This document shows, piece after piece, positions 23,900 to 36,158 of a stretch of DNA of 64,000 nucleotides. A program made the translations under genes and the position numbers. The stretch comes from Felis catus (lineage: Eukaryota): NCBI RefSeq assembly GCF_018350175.1, contig NC_058384.1, forward strand, positions 66,836,001-66,900,000. Direction: 5' to 3'. The number at the start of each line of letters is the position of its first letter. The first letter of the stretch is position 1. The notes under the pieces are model-generated. The model saw only the letters and a list, made by a program, of their open reading frames with translations. It ran no database searches and had not been told where the DNA came from.

Positions 23900-25400
23900 C
23901 CCAGTACCCGCCCCCCCCCCGCCGCCCCCCGCAAGAAGCAGTGCCCTCTGCTCCCCAAGCTTCACGGCTTGGTTTACTGATGGTCTGGGATTTACTGGCA
24001 TTGTACGGTCTCTTCCCCGCGAGAACAGGGCTCGTCTCTGCGGGCTGAGCTGGCGGCGGAGCCCAGATCGCTTTTGCCAGGAAGCAGCACCCGGAACGTG
24101 GCCGCTTTGTACCCCAAGCCCTCGGACACCTCCCGGCTTCCAAACTGGAGCCTCGCCCCTCAGCCGAGGCCGCTGCGGGGCGCACAGCCCGCCGTTCGGA
24201 CCCCCGGCGATCCGCACGTCGGCGGCCGGCGCGCACTGGGGGCGCAGGGCAGGGACCCACACGGGCCCCCGCGGCCGCGTCGGGCCCCGCGAGCCAGCGC
24301 CCCCGGGCCAGGGGAGGGGCGCCAGGCCGCTCCGTCCAGCCGGGCGCCAACTCCACCCGGCCGGCGTGCGGGCGGGCGCCCCCCGACAGCTGCACACAAA
24401 GCCCGCTCGGCGAGCTCGGCGCTCGGCTCCTCAGGCCTGTGCCGCCGCGCGCCGCCGGGCGGCCCCGGGTTGGGCGTCGGGCCGCGGCAGGCCCGGGGCG
24501 CCGAGCGCCGCGCGCATCGAACCGGCGCGGGAGGGGGAGGGGAGCGGGGGAGGAGGGGGAGGGGGCCGGCGGGGGAGGAGGAAGAGGCCTCGCGCCGAGG
24601 AGGGAGCAATTGAATTTCAAACACAAACAACCGCACGAGCGCGCAGCACCGCGCCGCCGCATCCGCGCCCGCCCCGTCCGAGCGGCGCGGGCGCACAGCC
24701 GTGGCCGCGCCGGAGCTGGGGCCGGGGGCCGCCATCGAGGCGGGGGCCGCTCGAGGGCCGGAGCGCAGCGGCGCCGCCACCGCCGCGCGCGCAAACTTGG
24801 GCTCACGCTCGCCGGCGCGGCGCGGAGCCCGGGGCGCCCGGAGCCCCGCCATGTCGCGCTCCAACCGGCAGAAGGAGTACAAGTGCGGGGACCTGGTGTT
24901 CGCCAAGATGAAGGGCTACCCGCACTGGCCGGCCCGGGTGAGCAGCGCGGCCCGCCGCCCCGGCCCCGGGCTGGGTTGCGTAACACTCGGGAGGACGCGG
25001 GCGCCGCGCGCGGAGGGGCGCGGGCGGGGGGCGGCCGAGTCCCCGGCTCGCTGCGAGCGCCTCCTCGCCCCCCGCCGGTTACATAATGGTGGGGGCGGGG
25101 GCCCCGGCGAGCGCGGCGTCCGCGCGGCCCCCCCCTCCCCCCGAGCGCGGCGGCGCGGGGCGCGCGGCCTGGGCTGGGGCCGTCGGGAACCCCTCCCGGG
25201 CGCCCCGGGACCCGCTTAGAGACCCCCGCTGCCCTCCCCGATCGCTGCCCCCGCTCAGACCCTGCTAGGAGCGAGAAGGTAGCGGGAGGGTCCCAGCCCG
25301 GGGAGGGATCTGCGGAGGCGGAGTTCGCTTCTGGAAAACTTTGGTTTGGGGCGGCCGCGAGAGGTCTGAAGTTGGGAGGGTCGAGGAATGTTTGGGGGCG
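23900..25400 (+). promoter_or_regulatory. HDGF CpG-island promoter and 5'UTR
   Basis: Very high CpG/GC content around HDGF exon 1; purine-rich GGGAGG tracts at 24530-24600. Confidence 0.85.
24851..24937 (+). CDS. HDGF: HDGF coding exon 1 of 6 (heparin binding growth factor; PWWP/HATH domain)
   Basis: gcc[32 protein letters not shown], donor CGG|gtgagc. PHWP variant of the PWWP motif, typical of the HDGF family. Confidence 0.97.
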
Positions 25401-28400
25401 GCGTGAGAGGGGATCTACTTGGCTCGGAAATTAGTTGCCAGAACCCTTCGCTGCTCAGCCCCACAAAAATAGCCCTCCATATGCTGCCAGCTCAAATTGG
25501 GGGCTGAGGGTGGCAGGGCCCCTGGGAGGCCGGCAGGTCCAGTCCAGGCTGCCCGTTCCTGGAGGTGGGGGGCCCCCAGCTGCTTCTCCCCTTAGATAGG
25601 AGCCTCCCGCCGCAACGGCCCAGTGTGCCATGTGGTTGACTGAGCCCGCCAACTTGAGGGCCTGCCCCCCCACCCCCACCCCCACCCCAGCACCTGGCCA
25701 GGTGGGAGGGTGGGGCCCAGAAGCCCAACCTGCCGTGTTCCTCAGGTTTCCCCTGAGGACTGGGACAGCTCGAGGAGGGAAGGAGGGAGGGGAGGTTGCT
25801 GGAGGAGTTTGGGGGTGTTACAGGGGGCAGCGCCTCTGGCAACTTCCAAGTTGGTCTGGAGAGGCCTTTGCAGTTGGGTGCAGTCGTGACCCTGTGCCCT
25901 GGAGGTAGGACTCTGGGCAGTGAAATAGAGCCGAGGGCAGTGGGAGGAGGGAGCTTTCTAAGCCAGGGGGCCAAGTGCGGAACTGCTTCCAGGCTTTAGG
26001 TTACGGTTCTCCACGTGAGTCTCTGTCTTTATCTGGCCCGACCCTGCTTAGAGCCTGGGAAGTTGCCCCAGGCTCTGCCGGGACCTGTTCAGAGGGCCAG
26101 GCCAACTTTGGGGCCACTCAGAAAACCCAGGAGTCCCTTCCTCACCCTGTACCCTCTTCGAGGAGTATGCTTAACCCCATATGCTTTGAGCTCCCTGTTC
26201 CCTGAAACTTCTAGATGTCCGGACACTGGAATGGAAACGAGGGGCTCTCTCAGCTTCCAGGGCCTTCTGAGTGCCTGGGCTGGGGGTTAGGGGGGTTGTG
26301 AGGAAGCAGCCGCAGACAGCCTTGTGTGTGTGTTGGGGTATGTGGCCTGTGAGCACTTGTGTACTTTACTCTGTACCTTTGATCCGTCCGGCTTCTTGGC
26401 CCAGATGCCAAGGCCCTGTTGGGCAGGGCAAGAACTGAACCCAGGTCTCTGCTGCGGCTCCTACCTCCTGGGGGGGGGGAGGGGGGGACAAAGTCTGGAG
26501 GCTGGGCCAGGCCCCAGGGAAGCCGTGCAGCTGGAATGTGGGTTGCAGGGAACTCCTTCTGGATCAGGAAAGAGAAAACAGTGAGGGGGACACAGACGGG
26601 CCCACATTGGCCCCTATGAGGTAGACCTTCCAGGTTTCTGGTGGCCTTTAGGGTGAGGCCGCCCTTGGGACTGGGGATGCCATTTAGTCTTGTCTTCATC
26701 CTTCCTCGGCCTCCAGGACCGAAGGGCGGGACCAGGAGGCAGTGCCTTCCTGTTGAGGCCTGGACCTTTTAGATAGAGCGAGGCTTGGGGAGGGGAGGTC
26801 AGACTGGATCTCCAAGAGATAGGGAGGGTGCCACCCTCTGCCTGTGCTCCAGCTTTCGATTGTGACATCTGGGGATCGGTGCACCCAAGGCTCTTATCTC
26901 CCACATAGATCCTTCTGGGATGCCAAAACTGCTGACAAATCTGGGTCTCCTCTCCACGCGTGGATGCTGTCTTAGCCCCTAGAGGGGCAGAGTGAAGGGG
27001 CCTGGCCTTTCCTGAGACCAAAGAGGAGTAAGGGGGCCTCGTGGATGGCCAGGTGGAGGCCGCTGAGTGGGTTTTCCTTCCTCAGCCCCTGCTTCTGGGG
27101 AGGACGGCTGACTGGGTGGGACTGGAGAGCCCAGCCAGCCGGAGGGGCCACGTGGTAGGCAAGACCTGTCCCGCTTGCAGTGCCACACAACGTCTTAACC
27201 TTCTCCTTCCCCTCTCCCTTCGGCTTGACTTCTTGGGGGGAATCTCCAAGCACTTAACAACTAACCTTCAAGACTCTGGGATTCCCCCCCACCCCCCCAG
27301 GTTCCTTCCTCCTCTCTCTGCTTCCTGTTTCACAATCCCAGAAAACCTGAGCAGCCACAGGGCCTCACCCAGCTTTCCTCCCTCCCCCACGTCCAGGCAC
27401 CACCTTCTCTTTTCTGCCTCTTGGGCTTGCCACACTTTCCCGGCCCCAACTGTCTCCTGCCCCAGATTTTCCGGTTCCTGGGTCAGGCCGGGCTCGGCTC
27501 TGGGTGTGGTGGTCAGAACCCTGGCTGGCAGTCAGTGTGGCCTTAGCCTTCCCTGCTGTCTTCCTATGTGTGGACAGGCGGTCCCCGACTTGGCTTGGGT
27601 CCGAGACTGGGGAGAGGTGTTCAGTCTCCTCCCCCATTCCTCACCTGGGGTCCCTCATCAGGCTTCAGCGGGTGGCCATGAGCCCTGGGGGCGGGGGGGG
27701 GGGGGCAGCTTTTCCTGCCCTCGGGTCTGTCGGATGGAGCCAGGCACATGCAGAGGGTTGGGCCTGGAGTGGATGGGCCCCCCCCCGGGAGAATTAACCT
27801 GCCTGGATTTCTGGAATGGCTGAGAAGTAGCAGACCCCCCTCCCCCGTTGACCAGTAGAGGGGGTGCGGCAGGGTCCCGAGCACTGGTCCCGCCCCACCC
27901 TGCCCCGCTTACCCTTGACTCACTTGTTGTGAGTCACGGTCTGGATATAAAGGCACCGCCTGGGAGACATATGTCTGTATTGGGGGTACAGGCCTCTCTT
28001 GAGACCCCACGTCCTCCATACGCAGGAAAGAACTGCCCTTCACTTTGAAACGCAAGAAACGAGGTTTCCTTTGTAGCTTGAAGGATGGAAGGGACTTTTC
28101 CCCTTTTTGAGGTGAGGGGTTGAGGATTCCCCTCACTGAGTGAAAACGGCCCACTTGTCCTGGCGCTTCCCCCACAGGTACCACCGTCAAGGTGAGGCCG
28201 GGAGCAGGGTGACCCTTTTGGGGTCGAAGGCCCCTGGCTTCCCTCTGAACTCCATACCCACCCTTCATTTGGCTAGAAGTCAGCAGGGCGGGTGTATCTG
28301 GCGTGTGGTTCTATTTTTAATTCTCATCCATTCTTTTGTTTCTCCTCCGCCCCTGAGGCTGGGCAGCTGGTGGCCTCCTGGGTCCCCTGTCACACCGCTC

Positions 28401-28734
28401 AGCTGCCTGGGAGTTCACTTTACATGGGGAAGCCCTGTGGGGCAGCGCTTTGAGGGCTGTGCTCCTGGAGAGAGCTTCCTGTCCCCTCCAGTCTGACCCT
28501 TCCTTCACCCCACCCCCTCTCCTGAGCCTCAGTTTCTTCCCTTTCACCCTTCTTGCGCCTTGAGGCCCTGGCTCAGGTGTGAGCCCCGAGCACGAGGTTC
28601 CCTGTTGCACCCCCAGGAAGGCCCTCTTGCCCCCCACCCCTGCCCTGGGTCCTGGGGTCGAGATGGGTGGAGAAGAGGCCTAGGGGAGGGTTCGTGCTAT
28701 TGTGCACGTCTCCTGGGACCTCTAAGCCCTGGAG

Positions 28735-28767
<33 letters not shown>

Positions 28768-30810
28768 TTTTTTTTTTTTTGCCTCGCCCCCCTCTGAGAG
28801 GAGGGTGGGGAGCCAGCTGGTCACAAGACCCAGGTGTCCTGGCCGAAGACTGGCTCCTCCTCCTCCCGCACCCCAGGCCTGGCTTCCCGAGAAGGGCCTG
28901 GGCCCTCCAGCGCTAGCTGCGGTTTCCAGCAGGCCGGGGACCCAGGTGCCAGACTCCAGGCTCAGGGGTGGGGGTGGGGGGTGGGGTGTGTTCGTGTCCC
29001 CTCCTCCCCAATCCAGAGTGGGGGGAGGGGTGGTCACATTCCTGGTTGCTGAGTGGCCCCGGGGGCGGGGTGGGTTGTCATGGCGATGGGGATCCTGTTT
29101 GTGGGGGGGGAACTGCGTGCCTTTCCACCCCCTGCTATCACACCCCAACCTCCTGGTCATGGGGAGGGCCCAGTTGGTGCTGGGCTTTCCTGAGGGGAGG
29201 GCCTGGACTTCTGTCCCCAGAGGCCACAGGGCGAGGGGGGAGGTGCCCAGGAACCTGAAGACTCCGTGCCTGGAGCCCGGTGCCCCTCCGTCCCCTGCCC
29301 GGGGCTCCGCCCCCTCCTGGGTGTGTCTCCGCGCCTTCTCGGCACCCCGCCTCCCTGTGTCCCCAGGCCCCCAGGTCAGACACTGTGTCCCAGCCCTGGT
29401 GGTGTTAATCGATGCCTCAGGCTGTCTGTCTCTGTCCTAAATGCGCGTGGGGCCCCAGTCAACATGGCCACCTGGCCCGTGTCCGGCGGGAAGCCAGGCA
29501 GCCGAGGCGGCTGCTGCAAGTGTTGCTGGGAGTTGTAGTCCCCCCACCCCCAGGTCGCTTGGCCTGGGCTCTCCTGGCCTGATCTGGGGAGGCTGTTGGG
29601 GCCACTGCCTGTGCGTTTCCTCTGACCCCAGATCTCTGCACCTTTCCCTCCTCGTGCCCCCAGGACGTGGCAGGAGACCAACTCTGGGACCCTCACTAAC
29701 TTACGTCGTTTGGGGGGGGGACCTCAATTTCCTCATCTGTAAAATGAGAGTGTCTGACTATATCAAGAGGCTTTCCAAAGTGTTCCCCAGAAGCTTTTGG
29801 GGTTGCTCCCTGGGGGGGGGTTGTTGAATAGGCAGCCCCTTGGTCTTGCGCCTCCACGGTAACCAGAGCAGTGGCCTTTATCTGTCTCGTGGATTCATTC
29901 AGCAGATCTTCCCATGAGCCTGCTGTTTGCTGGGCACCTGCTGTCCGGTCTCGGGGCAGGTGCAGGCCAGAGAGTCTACACGGGCGTTGCTCAGATGTTG
30001 ATGTGGGTAACCATGGCACCGGCCCTCTGAAGGAGAGGTGCTGAGGCTTCTGTGGGGAGCCAGCTGGGCCAGGAGGGGTGGGGGCGCCCTCCGGAGGAAG
30101 CCATGCGGGGCTGCGGTTGGAGGGCTCGCCAAGAGTTAGTGAGTGTGGGAGAGCAGAGACCAGGGTGGCCACAGCAGAGAGGGGGAGGGCAGGCAGTGGC
30201 CAAGGAGGAGCGCTAGTGCACGTGGGGCAAACCGCATTTAATCCCTGTGGCTTGAGTTCTGTGACTCTCTCCGTTTACAGATGAGGAAACTGAGGTAGAA
30301 GGCAGTTCAGTAAGTTGCCCAAGGCCAGACAGATATCGGTGGCAGCCCTGGGAGTATGGCCTCCTCAGGAAGAGGTGTATGGGGGGGGGGGGGCTCTGAT
30401 CACGAGCAGACTTGGGAAGGTCTCAGCAGGGGCGAAGTGCTGCGCTTGGAAGGCCGCTCTGGCTGCCCTGGGGGGCCGGTGCGTTGTAAGCAGGCTGCAG
30501 TCCCGTGAGGGTGGAGGCCGAGAGCCTGGGGGAAGAGGTGACCACCGGCGCTGGCCGGGACGTGGGCTTGTGGGCAGGTGGAACCGTGCCGTCGGGCTTG
30601 AGGAGAGGGGGCCAACTCCAGGTTTCTGCTGGGCCTGCTGTCTGACTTTGAACAAAGTGCCACCTCTAAAAAGGGTTCAGAAGCCACCTCGGTGACGTCT
30701 TGGGCCCCTCTCCGCCGGCTTTTACACAGATATGTCCTGGAGGCCAACCTCGGCCCCAAGTTGTGACCTTAGGACTCGCTCACACTCACCTTTCCTCATC
30801 TTGCTCCCAG

Positions 30811-30887
30811 ATTGACGAGATGCCCGAGGCCGCCGTGAAGTCAACAGCCAACAAGTACCAAGTCTTTTTTTTCGGGACCCATGAGAC
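30811..30887 (+). CDS. HDGF: HDGF coding exon 2
   Basis: cccag|IDEMPEAAVKSTANKYQVFFFGTHE(T)|gtgagt; 77 bp. Confidence 0.97.
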
Positions 30888-30895
30888 GTGAGTGA

Positions 30896-31237
<342 letters not shown>

Positions 31238-31533
31238 TAGCTTTCAGGACTGAGAAACCAGGCCTTTCGGGGGGGGGGGGCAGGAGCTCCTGGGGTGGGG
31301 GTGGGGGGCCCTGCAGGAGGGGCTGGGGTTGGGGGAGGCGTGTGGTATCATTGTGCTATTTAGACAGTGGCCTGGGGGGCAAGGACAGGACAGAGGCGGT
31401 AAGTGGGGACAGCCCTTTAAGGGACCCGGTGTGAGTGTAGGACTTGGCCTTAACTCTTTCCACGAAGGCTTCCAGGAGGAGGTGCTCGTGAGCCGGGCAG
31501 GATGAGGCGGGAGGGTGGGGGGCGGGGGTCGGC

Positions 31534-31713
31534 NNNNNNNNNNNNNNNNNNNNNNNNNNNNNNNNNNNNNNNNNNNNNNNNNNNNNNNNNNNNNNNNNNN
31601 NNNNNNNNNNNNNNNNNNNNNNNNNNNNNNNNNNNNNNNNNNNNNNNNNNNNNNNNNNNNNNNNNNNNNNNNNNNNNNNNNNNNNNNNNNNNNNNNNNNN
31701 NNNNNNNNNNNNN
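31534..31713. other. Assembly gap (180 N) in HDGF intron 3
   Basis: Run of N flanked by G-rich sequence. Confidence 1.
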
Positions 31714-31815
31714 CGAGGCGGGAGAAGGAAGGAGTGAGTGGCCGAGGGCGGGTCTGGGGAGGGGCCCCCACAGGCCACACAGGTGCCACTCAGCCTCTGC
31801 TGTCTCTGCGCGCAG

Positions 31816-32001
31816 TCTGCCCCCAAGAAGAGCTCTGTGGATGAGCCCGAGCCCGAGCCCGAAGCCACGGAGGGTGATGGCGACAAGAAGGGGAGTGCAG
31901 AGGGTAGCAGCGACGAGGAAGGGAAGCTGGTCATCGATGAGCCGGCCAAGGAGAAGAACGAGAAGGGGGCGCTGAAGAGGAGAGCGGGGGACCTGCTGGA
32001 G
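31816..32001 (+). CDS. HDGF: HDGF coding exon 4
   Basis: cgcag|SAPKKSSVDEPEPEPEATEGDGDKKGSAEGSSDEEGKLVIDEPAKEKNEKGALKRRAGDLLE|gtaact; 186 bp. Confidence 0.96.
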
Positions 32002-32258
32002 GTAACTGATCCCCGCCTGGGTCCCAGGGAAGCCAGCTGCTACTCCAGAGACCCTGCAGTCTGGGGTGGACCAGCCCGTAGTCTGGGGGTCCCTTGCCAA
32101 GAAGCTGGGGCACAGGAGACCCTTCAGCGGCAGAGGCCTGGGGAAGGGGGTTGTGGGTATGTCAAGGAAAGAGCCTCTGTGGAAGAGGGGCACAGGTGGG
32201 TGGCTGGCTCCCCCACTCCTTGGCCTCAGCCCGCCTCGTCTCTGCCAACCCTACCTAG

Positions 32259-32482
32259 GACTCCCCAAAACGTCCCAAGGAGACAGAAGACCCCGAAGGG
32301 GAGGAGAAGGAAGTAGCCCCCTTGGAGGCTGAGAGGCCCCTCCCTGTGGAGGTGGAGAAGAACCGTACCCCCTCTGAGCCCGGCTCTGGCCGGGGGCTTC
32401 CTCAGGAGGAAGATGAGGAGTTAGAGGAGGAAGAGGCTGCCAAGGAAGATTCTGAGGCCCCAGGCATCAGAGATCGTGAGAG
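32259..32482 (+). CDS. HDGF: HDGF coding exon 5
   Basis: cctag|DSPKRPKETEDPEGEEKEVAPLEAERPLPVEVEKNRTPSEPGSGRGLPQEEDEELEEEEAAKEDSEAPGIRDRE(S)|gtgagg; 224 bp. This frame is not shown in the ORF track. Confidence 0.95.
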
Positions 32483-32657
32483 GTGAGGGAGCCCCCTGCT
32501 CTGAGGCAGCTGGGCTTGGGGGTTGACCAGCCACCTGTGGAGGAGGAGGGGGGTCCTGCCACGGAGGCAGGGTGGGCTCTCCCAGGACACTGGCTGGGGT
32601 GTGGCCAGCCCAAGGCCACACCCATAACCCTTCTCCCCTCCAACCCTCCCCCCGCAG

Positions 32658-32664
32658 CCTGTAG
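32658..32664 (+). CDS. HDGF: HDGF coding exon 6 (end of CDS: ...S L stop)
   Basis: ccgcag|C CTG TAG. Total CDS 720 nt = 239 aa + stop. Confidence 0.9.
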
Positions 32665-33988
32665 CCACCAATGTTTCAAGAGGAGCCCCTGCCCCGTTCC
32701 TGCTGCTGTCTGGGTGCTACTGGGGAAACTGGCCATGGCCTGCAAACTGGGAACCCCACCCCGCCCCGCCCTCCTCTGCCACTTAACTCTCCCCACTCCA
32801 AGCCCAGCCCCTGGAGATTGACCTGGATGGGGCAGGCCACCTGGCCCTTGCCTCCAGATCCCCACACCCCTGTGATCTGAGTCAGGGCCATGTGTTCTGC
32901 TTCGTGGGCTGCAATGAGGCCATTGTGTCCCTCCCTGCCTGGAGCCGTTTCCCAGGGTATCTGTTGGGGCCTGGACTGGTGGTTTCCACCTCCTGACACC
33001 TTCCTGCCCCCCCCCCCCCCCCCCGCAGCATTCTGGACCTCTGGATTAGCTGGCATCGGGGGTAGGACTGGAAGGGATGGAGAATAAAACAGCAGGGTAG
33101 GCTTCTGGGCCTGAGAGGGGCGATCTTCAAGTAGGGGTGGGGGGTCGGCAGGAAGATGGCGTCTTCATGCGCTCCTGTCCCCTCCTCCCATACCTGTTCT
33201 CTCAGCCCCCTAGATTCAGGGGAAGTGGGACAGCTTGTAGGGGAGGGGCTCCCTTCCATAAACCCTTGATGATGGGCAACATCCAACCTTCCTTTTGCTG
33301 ACCCCAGGAGTTCTGGGAGTCATAGATGATCGTCAGAAGATTTGGGGGCTTCCAAGTTGTTGGGCCGAGGACCTGAGGTCCAGAGGGTTGGCTTCACCCA
33401 GCTAGGGTGGGAGCATTGAGGAGCGTCTGTCCACCTCTGATCTCTGGCCAGAGACAGGATGCCCTGGGGAGACCCCTTAGCTGCCCTTTTCCCTCTCCCT
33501 ACAGTGCTCAAGGCCATCCTACAGTCACATATGTCACCCAGACATAAAGGAAAAGACACATTTTTTAGGAGATGTTTTTAATAAAAGAAAATTACAAAAA
33601 AAAAATTTTAAAGACCCCTATCCCTTTGTGTGCCACCCCCACCCCCGGCTCCTTCCCCTCTCTTGCCCCCACTTATGAGGTGCACTGGGAGGCTTCCCTT
33701 CTATTTGGGGTTTGATGACTTTTCTTTTTGTAGCTGGGGCTTTGGTGTTCCTTCTGGTGTCCGTTCCCATCACGTCCCTCACCTGGTCTCCTCAGCGTTG
33801 TCACCAGATCTGAAACCCACTGGGAGGACAGGGGAATAAGTGCCCTTGCCCAGCCTCTGTAGCGGCCTCTATGCCTCTCTCCCGTCTCCTGTCTCCCCCC
33901 ACCCCCCCCTTGGGCTCTGATGAAAAATTGCTGACTGTAGCTTTGGGACTTTAGCTCTGAAAACCGTAGACGATTTCAGTTCTAGGAA

Positions 33989-33994
33989 AATAAA
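33989..33994 (+). terminator. HDGF distal poly(A) signal AATAAA (others at 33083-33088 and 33580-33585)
   Basis: AATAAA at the end of a ~1.3 kb 3'UTR, followed by a GT/T-rich downstream tract. Confidence 0.75.
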
Positions 33995-34249
33995 ACCCGT
34001 TGATTACTACATTGGATTTTGACTGATTCTTTGGGTGGGCGGCCGGGGGTGGGGGGGGGGGTTGGCCATTTCCAGGCCCCCTTCCCAGACGGAGGAAGTG
34101 GTGCCAGCCTCCTTTCTCAGGTTGAGAGACAGGAGGGCAAACACCCAGGAATGCGCTGCTCCCAGCAGCCGCCGCTGAACCACCGTCTGCCCTGCTCCCA
34201 CCTGGGAAGCCTTCAAGGCCTGCACGAGAAGTGCAGTGTGCGTGCTGAC

Positions 34250-35400
34250 CATCCGGCCGCAGCCCCTGGCCGCCACGGAGGGGGGAGGGGTCGCTGTGTT
34301 GCTGAGCTTAGGAGCTGGGGATGCCCGCCGCCCTCCGCTGGTGGGGAAGGGCCCGGAGGCTGGTAGCGTGGAAGGGCCCGCTACCCCGAGTTGCGCGCAG
34401 CGGCTGGACCAGGTCATCGCAGGTGCCTCCCACAGCTGACATTTTGTGACTAGCCCATCGACCGGCAGTGGGAGGGCCCACGTGGCATTCCTTTCTGCAA
34501 AAAACCCAGGACAGTTTCTTAGTGTGCCCCGGTTCCCTGCTGCAGACGGGCGCGCGGGCAGAGGACTGGCCGCAGCCCAGCCTAGAAAGGGAAGCCCTCT
34601 GCTTTGAACAGGAAGCCACAATCCCCTAGAAAATGGAGCCCTCCTCTCTGAGAACTACGGTTCCCAGCGGCCTCCACGCAGAGCGTGCGCAAAGACGCGC
34701 CGAGCGCCGCACCTATCCTGCCCTGCCTTCAACTCCCGACGTGCTTCTTGGTGTTCCTTGCTTTCCTACCCGACCAAATTTCCTGTTTCCAGCTCGCTCC
34801 GTAGCGGTGGACTACAACTTCCGGCTTTCAGAGCGAGGTTGGTTTGAGCGTCCGCTCTGCATTCAGACTACATTTCCCAGAAAGCCGAGGGACCAGGGCG
34901 AAGGGCGCATGTGCGGACGCCGCTGGGGGGCGGGGGGGCACGGCAACGTGGGGCGAGGCGCGAAGCGGAGGTGAGCGTTGAGTGCTCGGTGGTGGTGGCC
35001 GCCCTGGACTCGCCCGGGATTGCTCTGCTCCGGCTGCTTGGAGCGGGTGGGTGGTGAAGACTGTTGGAACCGGGGCCCGGGCCACGCCGCGGAAGCCCCC
35101 CCCCCCCGCCCCCCGGGGACAGCCCCTGCAGGGTGTGCGGGAGAGGAGGGCAGGGCCTAGGGGCTGGCTTCTGGGGGTCTCCTCCCGGAGCTGCAGACCT
35201 AGAGTGGCCGACGCCTGGCCTTTTGCAGCGACCCCGCTGGCGTCCTGGGGCCGAACACTGGCCCTGCTCCTGTGCAGCTGCGAACTAGAGCAGGCCCTGT
35301 AGCCCCCAGCGCCCGGTTTCCTCGTCTGGGGAACGAACCTTGGGGTACCCGCACCTGTCAGCTTCCCTCCCAGGGCGGCGGGAAGATCAGACGCTAGTAA
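34250..35400 (+). promoter_or_regulatory. MRPL24 CpG-island promoter and probable non-coding exon 1 (donor GAG|gtgagc at 34970/34971)
   Basis: ZNF143/SBS-like ACTACGGTTCCCAG at 34654-34667, ACTACAACTTCCGG at 34811-34824, ACTACATTTCCCAGAAAGC at 34867-34885. NRF1-like GCGCATGTGC at 34905-34914. Confidence 0.75.
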
Positions 35401-35925
35401 TCCGTGAGGCTCCTCTCACTAAGGCTGTCACCTAGCTGTGCTAAGTATTTGTTGAATCCGCACGGGAACATTGAGGCCAACGCTAATTGAAGATAACATA
35501 GGCACTTTCTTTTTCACATTGAGAAGTATAAAGAAGAAAACTCCGAAGGTTCACATATACCAGTCCCCCCCCCCCCCATCCCCGCCAGGGCGCATAGTGG
35601 GAAAATGTAAATAAAGGTCGTGGGGAAGGAGCAAGATGGACAGTAACTGCTCCCCCAGATAGTGCCCTTGCTCCAGCCAAGTACTTTGGCTGTTTCCTGT
35701 TGCCTTCGCATAAATATTTAAGCCTGTGCCACAGTATGTATTTTTTAATTTGCCCAAAAGTCATAATACGATTCGCATTATTCTGTACTTTGATAAAATA
35801 TTAAACGTAGTTTGAATGGCTCCAACAACCCTGTAAAGTTTTGAGGATGACGACACAAGCTTGTAAGCTAGGTTGCCTTGGATCATAGAGGAAGGTGGTG
35901 GAACAGGGACTAGAACCCACAGCTC

Positions 35926-36158
35926 TTTTTTTTTTTTTTTTTTTAATTTTTTTTTCAATGTTTATTTATTTTTGGGACAGAGAGAGACAGAGCATGAACG
36001 GGGGAGGGGCAGAGAGAGAGGGAGACACAGAATCGGAAACAGGCTCCAGGCTCTGAGCTGTCAGCCCAGAGCCCGACGCGGGGCTCGAACTCCCGGACCG
36101 CGAGATTGTGACCTGGCTGAAGTCGGACGCTTAACCGACTGCGCCACCCAGGTGCCCC
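35926..36158 (-). mobile_element. Young SINEC_Fc-type element with perfect 18-bp TSD, in MRPL24 intron 1
   Basis: TSD TAGAACCCACAGCTCTTT at 35911-35928 and 36159-36176; long poly-T; CpGs retained. Confidence 0.95.

Noticed and set aside
24300-24380. Possible relic of a second human HDGF alternative N-terminus
   Set aside because: Similarity to my recollection of that peptide is too weak to support.
23778-25086. 377-381 aa ORFs over the HDGF CpG island
   Set aside because: Stop-poor GC-rich DNA with Arg/Pro/Gly/Ala composition. Only the HDGF frame and its GUG extension are supported.
31534-31713. Hidden HDGF exon in the N gap
   Set aside because: Exons 3 and 4 join in phase and give a full-length protein, so nothing is missing.
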